NCBI GenBank assembly: GCA_965655095.1
Contig: OZ296659.1
Span: 7,502,001 to 7,566,000 of the forward strand
Length of the DNA: 64,000 bases
Direction of reading: 5' to 3'
DNA from: Haplodiscus bocki
Lineage: Eukaryota
The notes below the pieces were generated by a model. That model saw nothing but the letters and a program-made list of their open reading frames with translations, made no database searches and was not told where the DNA came from. A program made the position numbers and the translations under genes. Positions 39,900-53,835 of this stretch are shown in pieces; position 1 is the first letter of the stretch; each line of letters starts with the position of its first letter.

Positions 39900-41600
39900 T
39901 CCGCGTCCCAAAAAAACATTCTTGGCTAGAACATCTTTTTGCCTAATCGTCTTAGTCTAAGAAAGCCAAAAAAGTAGCATCATTTTCCTACAAAACTACC
40001 AACTCGATTTTTTCCTCTAAGACTATGTCGATGGCCTTTACCTTGTAGAAGGACCTTCGACGATTAAAAATTGATAGTCTTTACATGGGAATTCTGATAG
40101 GCCGAAACTGCCAATGGTATTGACTTTTTGAAAACATTCAATCTCACTTTCTAAAACCACTGGTTTGATTTCGTCCAGCAGCTCGTCAATCGAGTGATTT
40201 CATTTGCAAAAAAAAATCACCGCAAAAGCATCAGATTTGATTACTGCATTGGAATCCTGCTAAGCCGAACACGGTAAAATGCCATTTGTAAAGATTGCAA
40301 TCGATTTTGGAACTTATTTCCCTAAAACTACCGGTTTGATGTTTTTCCTTGAAGACCTCAATGGACAGCTGGCAACTTGGAAAAAAAATCAACAAGAACA
40401 TCTAGGACTTTCATAAGTGCATCAGATTTCTCATAGGGCGAAAAAGCCAAAAAAATCCATTGATATCAATTTTCGGTGATAATCAAACTCAATTTCTGCC
40501 AGAACATCCGGTTGGATTACAATCATGTAGGTGCCAATTAATACCTTCCTCCTTGGAGCCATCGCCAATATTATTCCATCTTGCATTGGAAGCCTGATGG
40601 AACGAATATGCCAAAAATCCCTATGGGTATGGATTATTCGCTTCCCTCAAACTCATTTATCGCCATAACTACCAGCTGGAATACTAACACCAAGCTTCCA
40701 ATCAACATTTTTCTACTTTTAGAAGCGTTTTCATTGAACTCATGTCCAATTTTGCCTCTAGTATCGCAATCCTGTTGAACCAAAAATCATTCTGTATTAT
40801 ATTTCCGCAAAATTCTAGCTATTTTTTTCCATAAAAACAAGCTGGATTGAATGCTTCAGGGTCCCAATCGACAGTTTTCTCTTTCAGAAGCCCTTGGAAA
40901 TGACCCATCCACAATATTCCGTCTTCTAAAGGAATCCCGATAGACCGAAAAAGCTGAAATTAGCTATTAGTATTCATTTTCCGCGTTAAACCTATTTTTC
41001 GCTAGGAAACCGACTGGATTACATCCCTTAAAGTCCTAGTCAACAGTCATCTACCTGTACAAGTAATTTCATTTACCTCATCATCGTGTTTGCATCTTTC
41101 GTCGGGATTCTATTGGGTCCAAAATCTGCTATTAGTACTGAGTTTCCGCGTTCACCATATTCAAATTTGGAACCAACTACCGTCTGCACAACATCTATGA
41201 AGGTCCTACCCGTTGTTTCTCTACTTGTTGAAGCATTTCCAATAATGCTATCATCGATTTTAGTCTTCCCTTTGAAACCTAAGAGGACGAGAATCCCAAA
41301 AAATGCTTCGAATGATTTTTGCTGTTATTCAATCTCAACTTTCGCTTTGACTACGGGCTGGATTACATCCATCGCAATCCCAATCAACACTTTCCCACTA
41401 GAATAAGCATTTTCAACCAGGCCACCACGAAGTTTCGAAAACGCCAAAAAGTGAAATTAGTGTATACAAAATCATGTTCACCCGAAACTACCGGCTTGGT
41501 TTTTTCTATCAAGATCTCAATCAACAGCGATCTAATTGTAGAAGATAATTGAACGAAAGTGCCTGCCTCACATCGAACTTCTGATAAGTCCAAAATTCAA
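39900..41600. repeat. Highly diverged ~170-bp tandem repeat (about 10 units)
   Basis: aaactaccggtt(t/g)gatt-like motif recurs near 39991, 40152, 40323, 40502, 40667, 40833, 41006, 41175, 41349 and 41484. Confidence 0.6.
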
Positions 41601-42850
41601 AAAAAATGTATTTAGTCATGATGTTCAGCCATATCCAATTCCATTTATCGCCGGGTTGAGATTCTGCCGTCGAGGTCTTAAATAACAGCTGTTTGTAAAA
41701 AGTACCTAGCTGATTAAAGTTAGGCTGAAACCCTGATAGCTCAAGCGCCAGGATGACGAAGGGGTATCGATCTTACGTAATTGCTTTCGCGAGTGTATGG
41801 CGTACTGATGAACGTTAAATTGAATTGCCAGCCAGTACTGAATATTAGTACCGCAGTAAAGACGTAAGGTCAGAGAATTTTTTTTAGGAATGGAAGAACG
41901 AACGTCGCATAAAGTGAATTCGTCTGTCAAGAAAACTGAAAGTTGGTCTTTTCATTTAAAAAAATAAAGCACCGATAAAAATGTAATTTTCAGTTTTCTG
42001 TTCGTTGTAAAGTCTTATACGTATTGTAATCCATTAAAATTCTGAGACTAGTTTGTTTACAGTGCTTAACTAAACTGCTTCATTTCCAAATTCTCCATTT
42101 TCAGCGTTATTTGCATTTAGTCGAATCACCTCATTTTATGGCCGGAAGCAGAAAATCGAGCCCACACTATATGGGCTTCAAACGCTTTTGAGAAGGAAGA
42201 TACGGAGTTCGAAGGTCTTGAATATTTCACGGTAAAGAATATAGTTACTGAATTTTTGAAAAATTTCGTGAAATAAAATGACATCCGAACCATATTAAGT
42301 TTTGCTACATCTTTGAATGTCTTATCACACTTTACATTTGACAGTTTCAAGGTATTCGGTACCGAAGATTTTTCGCTGAGAATGCTTGGAGACTTATCAT
42401 GGTTCACGTAAAAACCGAACTTTTGGAGAAAATGCTTTTGCTGCGTGTGAGGATATTAAACTATTTACGGAAATCAAATCTATTAACCATACAAATAAAA
42501 AATTTGCTAATTTTTGTTTTCAAGCAATTATTGTTTGAAAATAATCTTTGATTAAATTCAAAAACTACACATGAACTAGCACTACAAATTATTTACCAAT
42601 AAAAAAATTCAAATAAATTATACTGCAAAAAAATTGGTCTGTGAATAGAATATAATTTATACAATTTATAATATAAGAAAATTGATATAAAATATAATTT
42701 AAATCATAACAAAACATAAGTGTATTTTTACTGCCTCTCTAAGTAAAGTTCTATATCTTTTTAAGCGAAGGAATTCCGCGTTCTTTGTACAAATTAGATT
42801 AAATTATTCCCCACCTTAACCGTACTCCTCTCAATATAACTAAGTAATAA

Positions 42851-45800
42851 CTAAGCCACCAACTGAATATGGTACAATATAACTCCATTGGGCTGATGAT
42901 TACCAAAATAAATAACTAAACACTTTACAACTAGAGGCCCATACTGGCTGAAATATAAACTTCCATTACTAAATGAGCCCAACCTCCTTGTTTTACTGCA
43001 CATAACTTGGCCACTCTTCGAATTCACAGATCCCAGGTTCGATACTGAGACGTGGCCACTTTTTATTTTCTTATCCGGTTGATTCGGAGATCCTGAAATG
43101 ACTGACAGGTGAGATACTCTGTGCGCTGTGCTGAACAGAATTGTAAAAGTGTCGCGAGGGTAAACTTCCTTGGTCTGAAAATAGCCCCTGGGTTGAAATA
43201 TAAAACTGCTTGCGTATTCCCCATCTTGTGAAACCTTAAAATTGAAACAATTTTATCCTCAGAGTTCAGTTGCATTTTAGTGGAAACCAATTATTTTAAT
43301 GAATTTCGTCCGACTCCCTACTGCCACATTGCAGAAAAACCAAGCAAAACGTGTTCTAGTGGCCTAAGGGACAGACAACAGTTTTATGTACAGTTTTGGG
43401 TTTTCACTTTCCACATAATTTATCGGACACTCAAAAAAACGTTCATGATCCTGCTTGGAACCCATCATTTTTTTCCAAAAAGCGAGTTCCAATTTTTTGT
43501 GATTCCCCCTCGCATATACTGTGCTGCTTGGGCGTCACCGACAAGAGATTTCTGCGTTTGTTAAAACTAACCCCACCCCGGGATGGGCAGTGGAATAGAT
43601 GCTGAAGAGGGGGAAATGACACACACAGAAGGATGTCACAGAAAATTCATAAAATTAGATTTAATTCCAAGCGAGATCCGTTGTTATTACCATTCGGATC
43701 TCTTTTCGACTTTTGCAGTATCAATTCATTGTTTCTGAACGTCTAAACATTTTGACCAGAGCAATAAATCATGAGAAAAATTAAAAGTCCGAATTTAAAG
43801 ATGGGATTCTTTTAAAAAGCGATCAATAAATTCACTTGCAATACACCTGTGTATAAGTTGCTTTGATAGTCACATTCAATGCAGTCGGTGAAACTGATTT
43901 CTCCAATTCTATGTCAGGATGAAGATCAAGATCAGCTGAGTTACCGAGGTCCCGCTTTAGGTCAACCGAAGGGGTCACCAGAGAAGGTAGAATGAACATT
44001 GGCACAGTCGCTGACTGAAGATGAGCAAACAATTGAAAAAATTCGGCAGTGGTTAAATTTGTGGTTGAGTGAAACTTCGAAGCTGTTTGCGCGAATTTAG
44101 AGACGTAGTTTCTGCGCTCGTCCAGATTTAGCATCAAAAGATGACTCCCAGTTATTCGAGATAGTCTTGAAACAGCAATAAAATGATTCGAAAAATTTAT
44201 TTGAAGGCCAAAATGAAAATGGTGCACTTTTGATTGAACCTAATGTGAAGCGAATTAGGGTCCAACTAACAAACCTTTCTGCCAGATCGGCAGCTTAAAT
44301 TTTCAATCCATTCAATACATTTTAAACATCTGTTTCTCAGCTTCGGAGTCACTATTATCGCGCTGAATGAAAAAAGGATGCGAGTGAATGCAGCGGACGA
44401 CTTGATGAACTCCTTCACTCGCTTTTTTCATTCGGTAGATCATCATGACGCATAACCGAAATACAATCACTGAGTTTTATTTACTCGTTTTCCATTGGCT
44501 CGTTATTTTCACTTGCTTGTGAAAGAAAAACAGCGCGACACCATTCAAGCAAAAAACACAAAAGCTGTGATGAAATCGTTCGAAAATACTAGCCTGTAAA
44601 CTGGTAATAAAACCTTCAATTCATCCCTGCTTGCCCAAGAAGACTGTTGTAAATGCGCGGCTAGGTTAGTTCTGCCTTCATGAGTTAACGACCTCATTTT
44701 ATTCGAAAGCGCTTGCGATGCTACCATGCCTGTCTCAATTGCAAAGAAACTGGAACATTTCAAGTTGTAGCTGGCGTAGCTCGAAAGCAAGGCTAGATTG
44801 CTCAGTTGAAGATTCCGCGATGTAAAGTTTGAAGACTGTAGTTCGGCCAGTTCGTTGGTTAAGTCGAAAAGTTCAAGATGGCAGAATGAGTCAGTGGAAA
44901 TGTCACTAATAGCAAAAATTTTAGGATTTATAAAACTTGAAATTAGCAGAAAATTCACCTAAACTTAGATAGAGCACGAAAATTTCGTTCAAAGTAATCC
45001 CTAGTTATAGAGACTTTGGCATTGAGATTTTCGATTAAGTTAATCGTTTAAACTCGTCCCAGTTAATCATGTCATATCTTAGATTATTCTGTATCTTTTA
45101 GTAAGCATCCCTTTCTAGTTTCCATACTGAAAAAATCAAAGCCAGCAGGATCGCGCCTATCGCTGGCCAGTTTCGTTGCATCCTTTAAAATTACCCTTTG
45201 TTTTGTAATAATTAATTTTACTAGAAATTGTTTTTAGAGCAGCGGCTTCCTTTCGATTGAAATTCGTACAAACATGTAAATTCTTTTTCTCAAGTCAATT
45301 TCCAAAAAGTCGCCTATCTCGTTACATTATGCTTGAAAAACCAATTAGGGAAGGTGATAATAAATAAACGTGATGAAAAAGTTTTTTTGACTGAGAGATA
45401 AATAACAATTAGGCAAGCTGCGCTGTCAGCCGCTACGTCTGAACTGAAAGGTCATAGCATTAATTTCTTCCACGGAAAAGTCTTTTTTAAAAGTCGAACT
45501 CCAAGCGAAGCTTTCATTTGATTGGTCGAATGTATTATAAGTGTTACGCAATATTGTTGAAAAGGAATAGAATCAGCGCAAGGAGTGCAATTCGATACCT
45601 AGCTGGCATAGTTTAAAATCCAATTTCGCAATATTTGAGGTCAGAATGAAAAAACATAGGCATCAAGGAGCTTACGCTAAGAACTTCGATTGATCAAAAA
45701 ACTTGGGATAAAGCGAATTTAGCAAAAATTCCAATCATTTCGATGAAATGCAGACTATTCATAGAGTCGACACTTTACCTTTCAAGGGTCTACTGGTCAG

Positions 45801-48800
45801 TTTTTGCTGCTTTCAATAGATTGCAATTTTTCGACGCTTTGACAATCAACATTTTGATGCGATAAAGTCACCATTTTGAAAAAGCGGAAAATAAGATGCA
45901 AATTGACGAATCTGAAAATATTTGAATTTAAGTTCTTGAATATTTGAATCTACGCTCCGAGTACCACGAGTACTTGAGATTCAAGAGTGAGCAGTGACAA
46001 TCGCTCTATCTTGGGGGAAGCGTAGAAAGTAATACAAAAGAAAAGTAAAAATAATAGGTCGTGACCATTCTGGTTCACTTTAGCGATGAGCTCCCCGCAG
46101 TCGGTCAATAACGAAGACGTTTGCAAAGTGCGAAGAAATTCTTATCCATAGGACAAAAACGAGAAAAAAAAATTAAAATTCCTCAGAAATTAAGGTTTCG
46201 TATTGATTTATGCTGTATGCGTCGCTAGAAAGATTAGCAAGGAAAAAAACGAAAATTGCAAAAATTACAGCAAAATTCAACCATTTTTGTACACTATAAA
46301 AACACAAAAATTCCCGATTTTGGCCAAAACAATTGACTTGGTAGGGAAAACGGAAAAATTTATGAAAATGACAAAAGTTTTTAGAAATACGTTTCGCCAT
46401 TTTCATAAAATTTCCGGTAGTCGAATTTTTGTTCAATTTCGCTGATGATACAAACTTACAATTTGGTACCAATTTGTAATACCGACAAAAATAGTCGACA
46501 AATCTTAAAATTGCAATTTGAAGTGAACTTGCAAAAAAAATGCTCACAGCAGAAAACATCTCTCCCAATTAGGAATTTAGATCGTTTTCCAAAAAAATGA
46601 TGCCCAAATTGAGAGAAAGGAAACTATACAAAGCAAAAATTGTCCAGATGGGATTCGAACCTGTATTCTCCTATAACCGAGTGCACATGGCCCTCGTCAT
46701 TAACGACAACGCGAAAAGTAGCTAGTCTAATTACAAGCGAAGTTCGTCTCACTGCTCATCTTCTGTGAGTTGTGAACGATAACGACAAAAAAACGCGCGT
46801 AGACCTTAATAAGCTGGCGTTGCTGCTTTAATAACGAAGGGAGGCTGGCTTAATACCGAAGGGAGGCTGGCTTCACTAACACGTAAAACGTTTTCACTTT
46901 TTTCCACAAAAAAGCAATCAGTCAAATGTTGTATAGATTTAAAGTGCATATTTTTCGTAACAATTCAAGAATTCAAAAAATGGAGCGAGCACATAATTTA
47001 GTAATGCCAACTCTTCCATGCCAATGCCCTCGGTTTTTGACTGTTTCCAACTTGAACAACCTTCACTGGGTTGTAAACAACTTTTACTCTTTGAAGACAC
47101 AGTTGTTGAGTTTAGATTCTGCCAGCTACTCTCGTAAGGATTCACGAGTAAATGTGTTCTGTCCAATCCTTTGTATTGAGGAGCCCTGAAAATCTGCTGC
47201 ACAGGAGTGAACCTATTTTGTGCTGACGTCATCAACTGAGACAATAGCACGATCGTGATCAACTGTTGCGGGTACAGACTATCCAGGGTTGTGTGGTATG
47301 AATGTTGCAGTACATCCAGGGGTGCATTTAGGGTGGGGTACACGCCCACACACGGCTGGTCTAAAAAATAGAAAAAAAGAAGCATGTTTGAGAACAGTAA
47401 GCTGTGGATTATAAGGCAGCTTCGGGAGGGGAACTGTTCGGATAGTAAGAATTCGGCTTCCCTGTCAAAAAGGTAAACGCCTCACCTATGAAACCGGTCG
47501 CCTTCACCTTCGTCTTTAATGAGCCGCTGACAAAAAACACTACAAGTGTGAAGATTAAAACCACTCACCAAACAAAAGAGCGACAGAATTGAGATGTACG
47601 TTTGTAAAACGCCCGCAGCTATATAAAGGTTTTTAGTTTACAGTGAATATGATCTAATCGACCATTTCAAAAATAAAATAACACACTTTCGACACGACCT
47701 CTTGTTTATGAACAGGCGCGTTAACACTATGCTACAAAGCTAGAGACCGCATTTTTTTCTAGAGAGCTAGAGACCGAAAGATAAAGACGTTTCTAATAAC
47801 GTCACCAAAATTCTGAAACGAGTATTACTTTCAAGCAAATTTCAGTTATATATGGATTACGCTTGATGTTTTCTATGAAAAGGCGGTTTGCTCAGATACT
47901 TTACAAAAGTTTTCAATTTTAAGAAGGCCGTGGCCGGATTCGAACCACCGATCTACTAACCACTATGCTACTGAGCAACAACTTGCTCAGCCTTACCTCA
48001 TGCATCTGCAACAATCCGTTTTCAAATTTGAGAAAGAAGCAAAGTGACTCCATTTTTTTTCACTGAAGCTTTTTCTCAGCGATTCAAGATTTTACCTCCG
48101 AATGAAGCGTTTTTCACACTTCTCAAATTGATGCAGTGTCAATTTCTTGTAATGGAACCGTGTTCAGCGACAAAAAGAGCCATGGAACGAATTCACGAAC
48201 ACATGAAGACAGTCGTACACAAGGCTTGCCGGGGTACAGAAATGATCAAAAAATATATTTCAACACTATTTCCGTACAAAATCAATAACTTTTATTGTTG
48301 CCATGAAAAATAACTTAACATTTTTTATAGTGGAATTTAAGAGAAAAAACGATTGTTCAAACATTCGACATCGATCTTGGCTCGTAAGTACGTTGTTGAT
48401 AATCGTTATAAAGATAAGGTCTTAACGGAAAATATGTAGGCAGATAAATCTGGTTTTCGAGACTAGCTGGATAATTTTAGTCGGCGCTAAAGTTATAACC
48501 AAAAAGCCCGACTCTAGTACTTAGTTTTTTAAGATGACAGCTCTCTGTAATCGAAATTTTTACTAACCGACGCGATTTACTAACCCACACAAAACAAACT
48601 ATACATACCTAGAACGCAGCAAAGACATTCCCGAACATAAAACACCAGAGATCCGGAAAACTTCGGAGAGCAGAAGCTGAAATTTTTCAACATTTAGCAG
48701 ATACCAAAAAGAAATTTTGCACTGTTCATTTTTTTCCAATCATAAAAAAAGACGAAAACAAACTCTTTTAAATCCCGAAGATTTTGAGCAGGCAAATACC

Positions 48801-49218
48801 AAAAAAAATTGTGATACCCATTTACTTTTCTTTGAGAAGAAATGGAACTTGTATTGTATTCTCTATTCTTTCCACCAGAAAGTTTTCAAAATTTTTCGTG
48901 ATACCCCGCCTGCCACACACGCGCGTTTTTTGCTCACCCCACTTTTTGCCAGTGAGATTCCCATGGATTTAATGACGTTTCCTGAGTGTACACTACAGAA
49001 AATTTTTCGTGCCCCGAGAAAAAGTTTTCCGGCAAAATTACGAAAAAGAATAGAAATTTTCCAACAAAAATTTTTCTGAACATCAAAGGTTCCTCCCTAC
49101 GATTATTTTGAGCCTTACGGTCGGCACCAACTTCGGCGTTCTCGACTTGTTTTCTTGTAATTCTTAACGACGTTGTTGACTCTGCTAAAATGTCGCTAAA
49201 TTTCACAAACGTTGAAGT
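42851..49218 (-). CDS. MGAT4/GnT-IV-like (GT54 family) protein with C-terminal lectin domain; 5' end not found (exons ~49218-49119, 47360-~47088, ~44905-44594, ~44165-43847, 43234-42851)
   Basis: Last exon GYFQTKEVYPRDTFTILFSTAHRVSHLSVISGS...C...RLGSFSNG...VKCLVIYFGNHQPNGVILYHIQL aligns by eye with the MGAT4C C-terminal domain; upstream exons follow the GT54 pattern (CVGV, NLALL, FFAIETG, ILPSL). One junction (47.1/44.9 kb) is unresolved. Confidence 0.7.
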
Positions 49219-50779
49219 CTGAAAACAAAATTATTATCCACTGAAAAAATATAAGTTATATTGGCGAAGCTCATAAAAATAAATAATTCGAGTTAACATC
49301 TTGCTGCGGTCTTGCTTCCTGGCCGACAATAATGGAAAATTTTTCGTTGACTAAATCAAGTCTCTGGTTTTGATTGCCAGCCAGCCAAAATTGCTTTCCA
49401 CAATGAGCAACACAGATAAAAATTCTAACCAATGTCCATTCATTTTTTTACTATTGGAGCATAAAATGTTTCTCCAGGTTGCTGGCGTTTCAAGACTGGC
49501 TCTAAAGCATTGAAAAACTCGACTCAATACTCAGCTTAAGTAGACGGAGAAGCTGGTTAATACGTAGATCACAGAATAAATTCGGGACAAAATTGTTAGG
49601 AAATGAATTGAATTCTACACCAGAAAACAGAAAATTTGAAAAATTGAATTAACATGGGAAGAAGGACAATCAATTGATTGGGCAGGAATAAATTGCTGGG
49701 AATTCATTTTTTCAAAAGCCAGAAAAATTATGTTACAAATGACGTGAGACGGAAGTCGAAATAGTCGAGGAGTGTCTATTTCTGCTAACACAATCCCTTC
49801 ATTTTTTCACAACATTAGCCATTTTCTAGGAATTCAATGCCGTATTCCTCTACAGTCTATAGGATTAAATCGTTTTCTAAACCAATCATTTTGGAACAAT
49901 TGCGAATTTTGAAAAAAAAAGCGGAACAAATTGACCTACCAATGTCTTGAAAATGAACTATTATGCCTTCGAAAGGTCTAATGACCTTTCAATTTTGTCT
50001 GATAAGTTTTTAGAAACCATTTGTTAGGCATCTTCCAATGACTAGCCAGTACAGTACTGTTTTGAAAGAAAGGAGCCTAAGAGCGTTCACTGAGGCTAAT
50101 TAGCCAATAGGATATCGTTATTTGGCCTCAATTCGCAATCTCATTGGTTAATAATTGCTAGTTTTGGTAATCTCTGCCGTTACTTAGAAGTTTGACCAAG
50201 TTAGAAAAAACTTTTTCAAGGAGTTATGTACCACGAAAATTCCCCAGAATTTTTTGAACCTTTTGATCAATTTTGATTGGAATATTTTGAATCAACAAAG
50301 ATATCGCAACAAATTTTCAAACTACAATTCTCAAAACATGTAACTTCAAAGTTCATTGTACAAAAACAGTAATACGAAATGTTTTCGACGACTACGTATA
50401 TTAATTATTTCAAGACATTTAGGGAACCATTGCGTACAAATTGTGTCCGAAAAAATTCTCATTGAGGCCTTAAATATCAAAAATACACCAAATTCATTTA
50501 AATTTGTCCAAAAATCACCATTTCTAACTCTTGCAGCATTGGTTGCAAAATTTTGAACCAAAAACGATTGTGAACTAGATTCAAATTTGAGAAAGTTATC
50601 TTTCTACCAAAAGTAAACATTTCCAATAGTTTCAGAGATATTGATGTCTAAAATTGGTCAATTTATGCACAGAAGCTCCATTTTTTTGAAACTCGTAGAA
50701 GAGCCAGCTCCTTAGTGCGACACAAAACATTGCATTTTGCACATGACAAACACGTCGCACGAAATGGTGACGTATCAAG

Positions 50780-51170
50780 TGGCCGATCGCTCAGTTAATC
50801 GATTGTTCAACGAGCTGATTTTAGCGCACTTCTGAAAAACTATTGGCTGAAGTAGTATGACTTGGTTACGAAACAAATACGAAATATGAGCAATGCAAAT
50901 TTGTTCAATAGCACAGTCGGTTAATTGAGCGGTCGGCTATTTATACGGTACCCGCTTAAAACTGTATGATAATTAAATGGGGTGCCGTTTAATTAGCCGA
51001 CCACTCAATCAACCGAATGTGCTATTGAACGAATTTGCATTCCGCGTATGTAACTTCCCTTCCGTTCATCGCTCGGAAATTTTACGAAACCGAACCTCGC
51101 TCGCTCAGCCAATAATATTCAAGAAACATGCTAAACTCGGCTCATAGAACAATCGGTTGAAAAAGCAGTC
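50780..51170. repeat. Foldback/MITE-like inverted repeat
   Basis: Inner arms ~50894-50939 and ~50993-51040 (gcaaatttgttcaatagcaca... / ...tgtgctattgaacgaatttgc) with weaker outer arms. Confidence 0.6.
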
Positions 51171-52088
51171 GTTTAGGTGATGAGTCACCAATTAAATAAC
51201 CGAAGATTTGACGACGAACAACTAACCCCTCATCTTCGGAACAAAAAAGGCCACAACTTCCGTTTTTGGATGCTACTGTCAAAATAATTTTTGAACGCAT
51301 AGTTATGCAAGCTCGGAACACACAACGCAAGGTATAATTTGATGATTCAAAACCTACAGCAACCATGGTCTACAGCAACCACATGCTTTGAAAATTGTTC
51401 AACTTAATAGTATTCGATAGCTTAGTTCACGCTTGTTTATTTTATTTGATCGTTAAAGGGTAGATGCCATTTGAAATAACTTTTATCAAGAACTTTGAAG
51501 AAGAAAAACACAAAACTCAGTAACGGGTGAAAGAAAGCTGAAACTGATCTATCTCAAACATATGCACTTGACTTGATTGACAGACAGTCCATTTAGAACC
51601 CGAAAGAAAAACGATATTAAAGGCACAAGACACTAGTGCAGCATAGGTACCGATGGGGCACAAAAATTTTTGTGGAAATGAACTGAGTACTTTCAGTCGG
51701 CGATTCAGTGATTTTACTACAGAGGCGAAGCAGAACTTCGCAACACATTCTGACTTGTCAGTTGAGATCAAAAATCACAATTATGCAGCAAAAGACATTT
51801 GAAACCATGATCAGAGATGTCACTGACACTTTCAAAAATATTAAAGCAGATGTCAATCAAGAGCTTGTTCGAAAAACTAAAATAAGACAAGTACTTGTCA
51901 CAGAATCCCACACTCAACAAGTTGATCTGTGAATCATGTCTTTTCAGGTTAAGCCACTTTGCGGACCATTTTTCAAGAGACGTGAACAGTAAACACTGCA
52001 AAAATGAGCATTATACAGCCCGTATTGATTTATTTTTAGAATACCACCAATATCACACTACTTAGTGTTGTCTGGATGGAAGCCAATC

Positions 52089-52213
52089 ATATAGGTGCGG
52101 ATTATACCAGTCAAATAATACCAGTAAAAAACTATGGTAGCCAAACCCGATACCGACTTTGACTACCATAACTTTTAATGGTATTATTTGACTGGTATAA
52201 TCCGCACCTATAT
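52089..52213. repeat. Near-perfect 125-bp palindrome (about 56-bp arms, 12-nt loop)
   Basis: atataggtgcggattataccagtcaaataatacca...tggtattatttgactggtataatccgcacctatat. Confidence 0.9.
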
Positions 52214-52719
52214 CACGTACCAGAAGAATTATAAATTTTTTTTACCATACCTGTTTTTCTCCACCATATAATTTAAGAAAGCGGCTATATATAATTCCAC
52301 ATTTACGTAAACATAAAATTGTGAAGCAATGGTAAAATGAACTCGCACGTGTATTTTTACGTTTAAAAACATGTATACAAAAACAAGCATTTCCTTTTAT
52401 TCATGGCCTCCTAATAGCCTAGTGGTATTTGTTCCATTGACTAAAGTTAAGGCTGTGCTTGCATAGTCATCGTGTTTGTGGTTCACGATTATCCAACGTC
52501 CCACTGTCTCTGTAACATCACGCGCAAAAGCTATATGGAGGAACTGTCCACGTTATGGAGCTTGAAAAAGTAGAATTGATCGACGGGGATATCCACCAGG
52601 AATGCTCCCTCGCTAGACAGCTGAAAAACTCGACACGAAAGTTGGCCAGTGGATATTTTTGTCTTAATATGAAAACACGATTTCTGAGAAATACACACAT
52701 TATGACAACATACCTTAAA

Positions 52720-52985
52720 AATGTACAGATTATAAAATTTTAAGCTACAACAAAGTGTGATATGTCATTGGATAGCCCGTTAAAAGTTTAGTTAACCCTG
52801 AAAATTTCAGCCTTGTAACTATTACCATCTTCGAGAAAAGTGATCGTTAACACTTTGCTTAAACATGTAGAGATTATAAAATTTTAAGCTACATCAAAGT
52901 GCGATATATCATTCGATAGCTCGTTAAAATATTAGTGTACGTTCAAAATTTCAACCCCGTATCTATTATCATTTTCGAGAAATCG
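52720..52985. repeat. Two-copy ~145-bp tandem duplication at the edge of the viral region
   Basis: atgta(c/g)agattataaaattttaagctaca..aaagtg.gatat.tcatt.gatagc.cgttaaaa at ~52721 and ~52865. Confidence 0.7.
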
Positions 52986-53222
52986 ACAAAATAGTATTTG
53001 TAAAATTAAACTTATTGATACAAGTATACGAATAAAAATACTAGTATTTGTATGCATGTAATTATACCTATCAACATTGTGGATTATTATATAAATACCA
53101 TTGGCGACATGCAAAATGAAATGAATTTCTTCGGTCATTGCAATATGTTTGAATATAATCACAATTTTGAAAAAGTGACGACAACAATAACGTCAACAAT
53201 GTAAAGTTTTAATATTATAAAA

Positions 53223-53681
53223 ATGGAGTATCTTTGTCAAAGATGTGATGAATTTATTTATGATGAATACTCCATTAACAATCCAAATCTCAATGACAAT
53301 GATAAAATAATCAATAATTATGTCACCATTTATAATAAGAAGTTCGATATATATTACATCAAATGTGATTTCTATTTAGTATCTAACAATGATTTTGGAA
53401 TACATATAAAAACTCATTATGTTCATAACAAAGACGACTTGACCAAAATAAAGACAGAATTATTATTCAAGCTCGAACTTCTCAAATATGAAGGATATAG
53501 TTTTTGTTTCATTAATGAAATGATCATCAAAACCATTACTGATACACACTGGATGACATATACAACTTACATGCAAAAACCTATGCCTATGGTGGAAAGA
53601 AGATTCAACTATGTTTTTCAAAAATGTCCATTTTTAATCAGAGCATTAGATCATAACAAAAATTCTCATATAGAATTATAA
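53223..53681 (+). CDS. Hypothetical element protein, N-terminal CxxC, motif MTYxxYxxxPxxMxE
   Basis: 152-aa ORF; paralogous to 53836-54405. Confidence 0.6.
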   Translation: MEYLCQRCDEFIYDEYSINNPNLNDNDKIINNYVTIYNKKFDIYYIKCDFYLVSNNDFGIHIKTHYVHNKDDLTKIKTELLFKLELLKYEGYSFCFINEMIIKTITDTHWMTYTTYMQKPMPMVERRFNYVFQKCPFLIRALDHNKNSHIEL

Positions 53682-53835
53682 GATATTATTTGTATACCAT
53701 ATTACATTGTGGATTATTATATGAATACCATTGGCGACATGCAAAATGAAAAGTATTTCTTCGGTCGTTGCAAGGAGTTTGTATATCATCACGATTTTGA
53801 AAAAATTGACGATGTATTATTGGGATATGTATACA

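Noticed and set aside
47925-47972. tRNA genes (also ~32150, ~39470, ~46650)
   Set aside because: A/B boxes only; no anticodon arm or full cloverleaf, so treated as SINE relics.
51708-51932. Protein-like ORF MILLQRRSRTSQH…
   Set aside because: Lies within the dispersed hairpin repeat family; other copies do not keep the frame.
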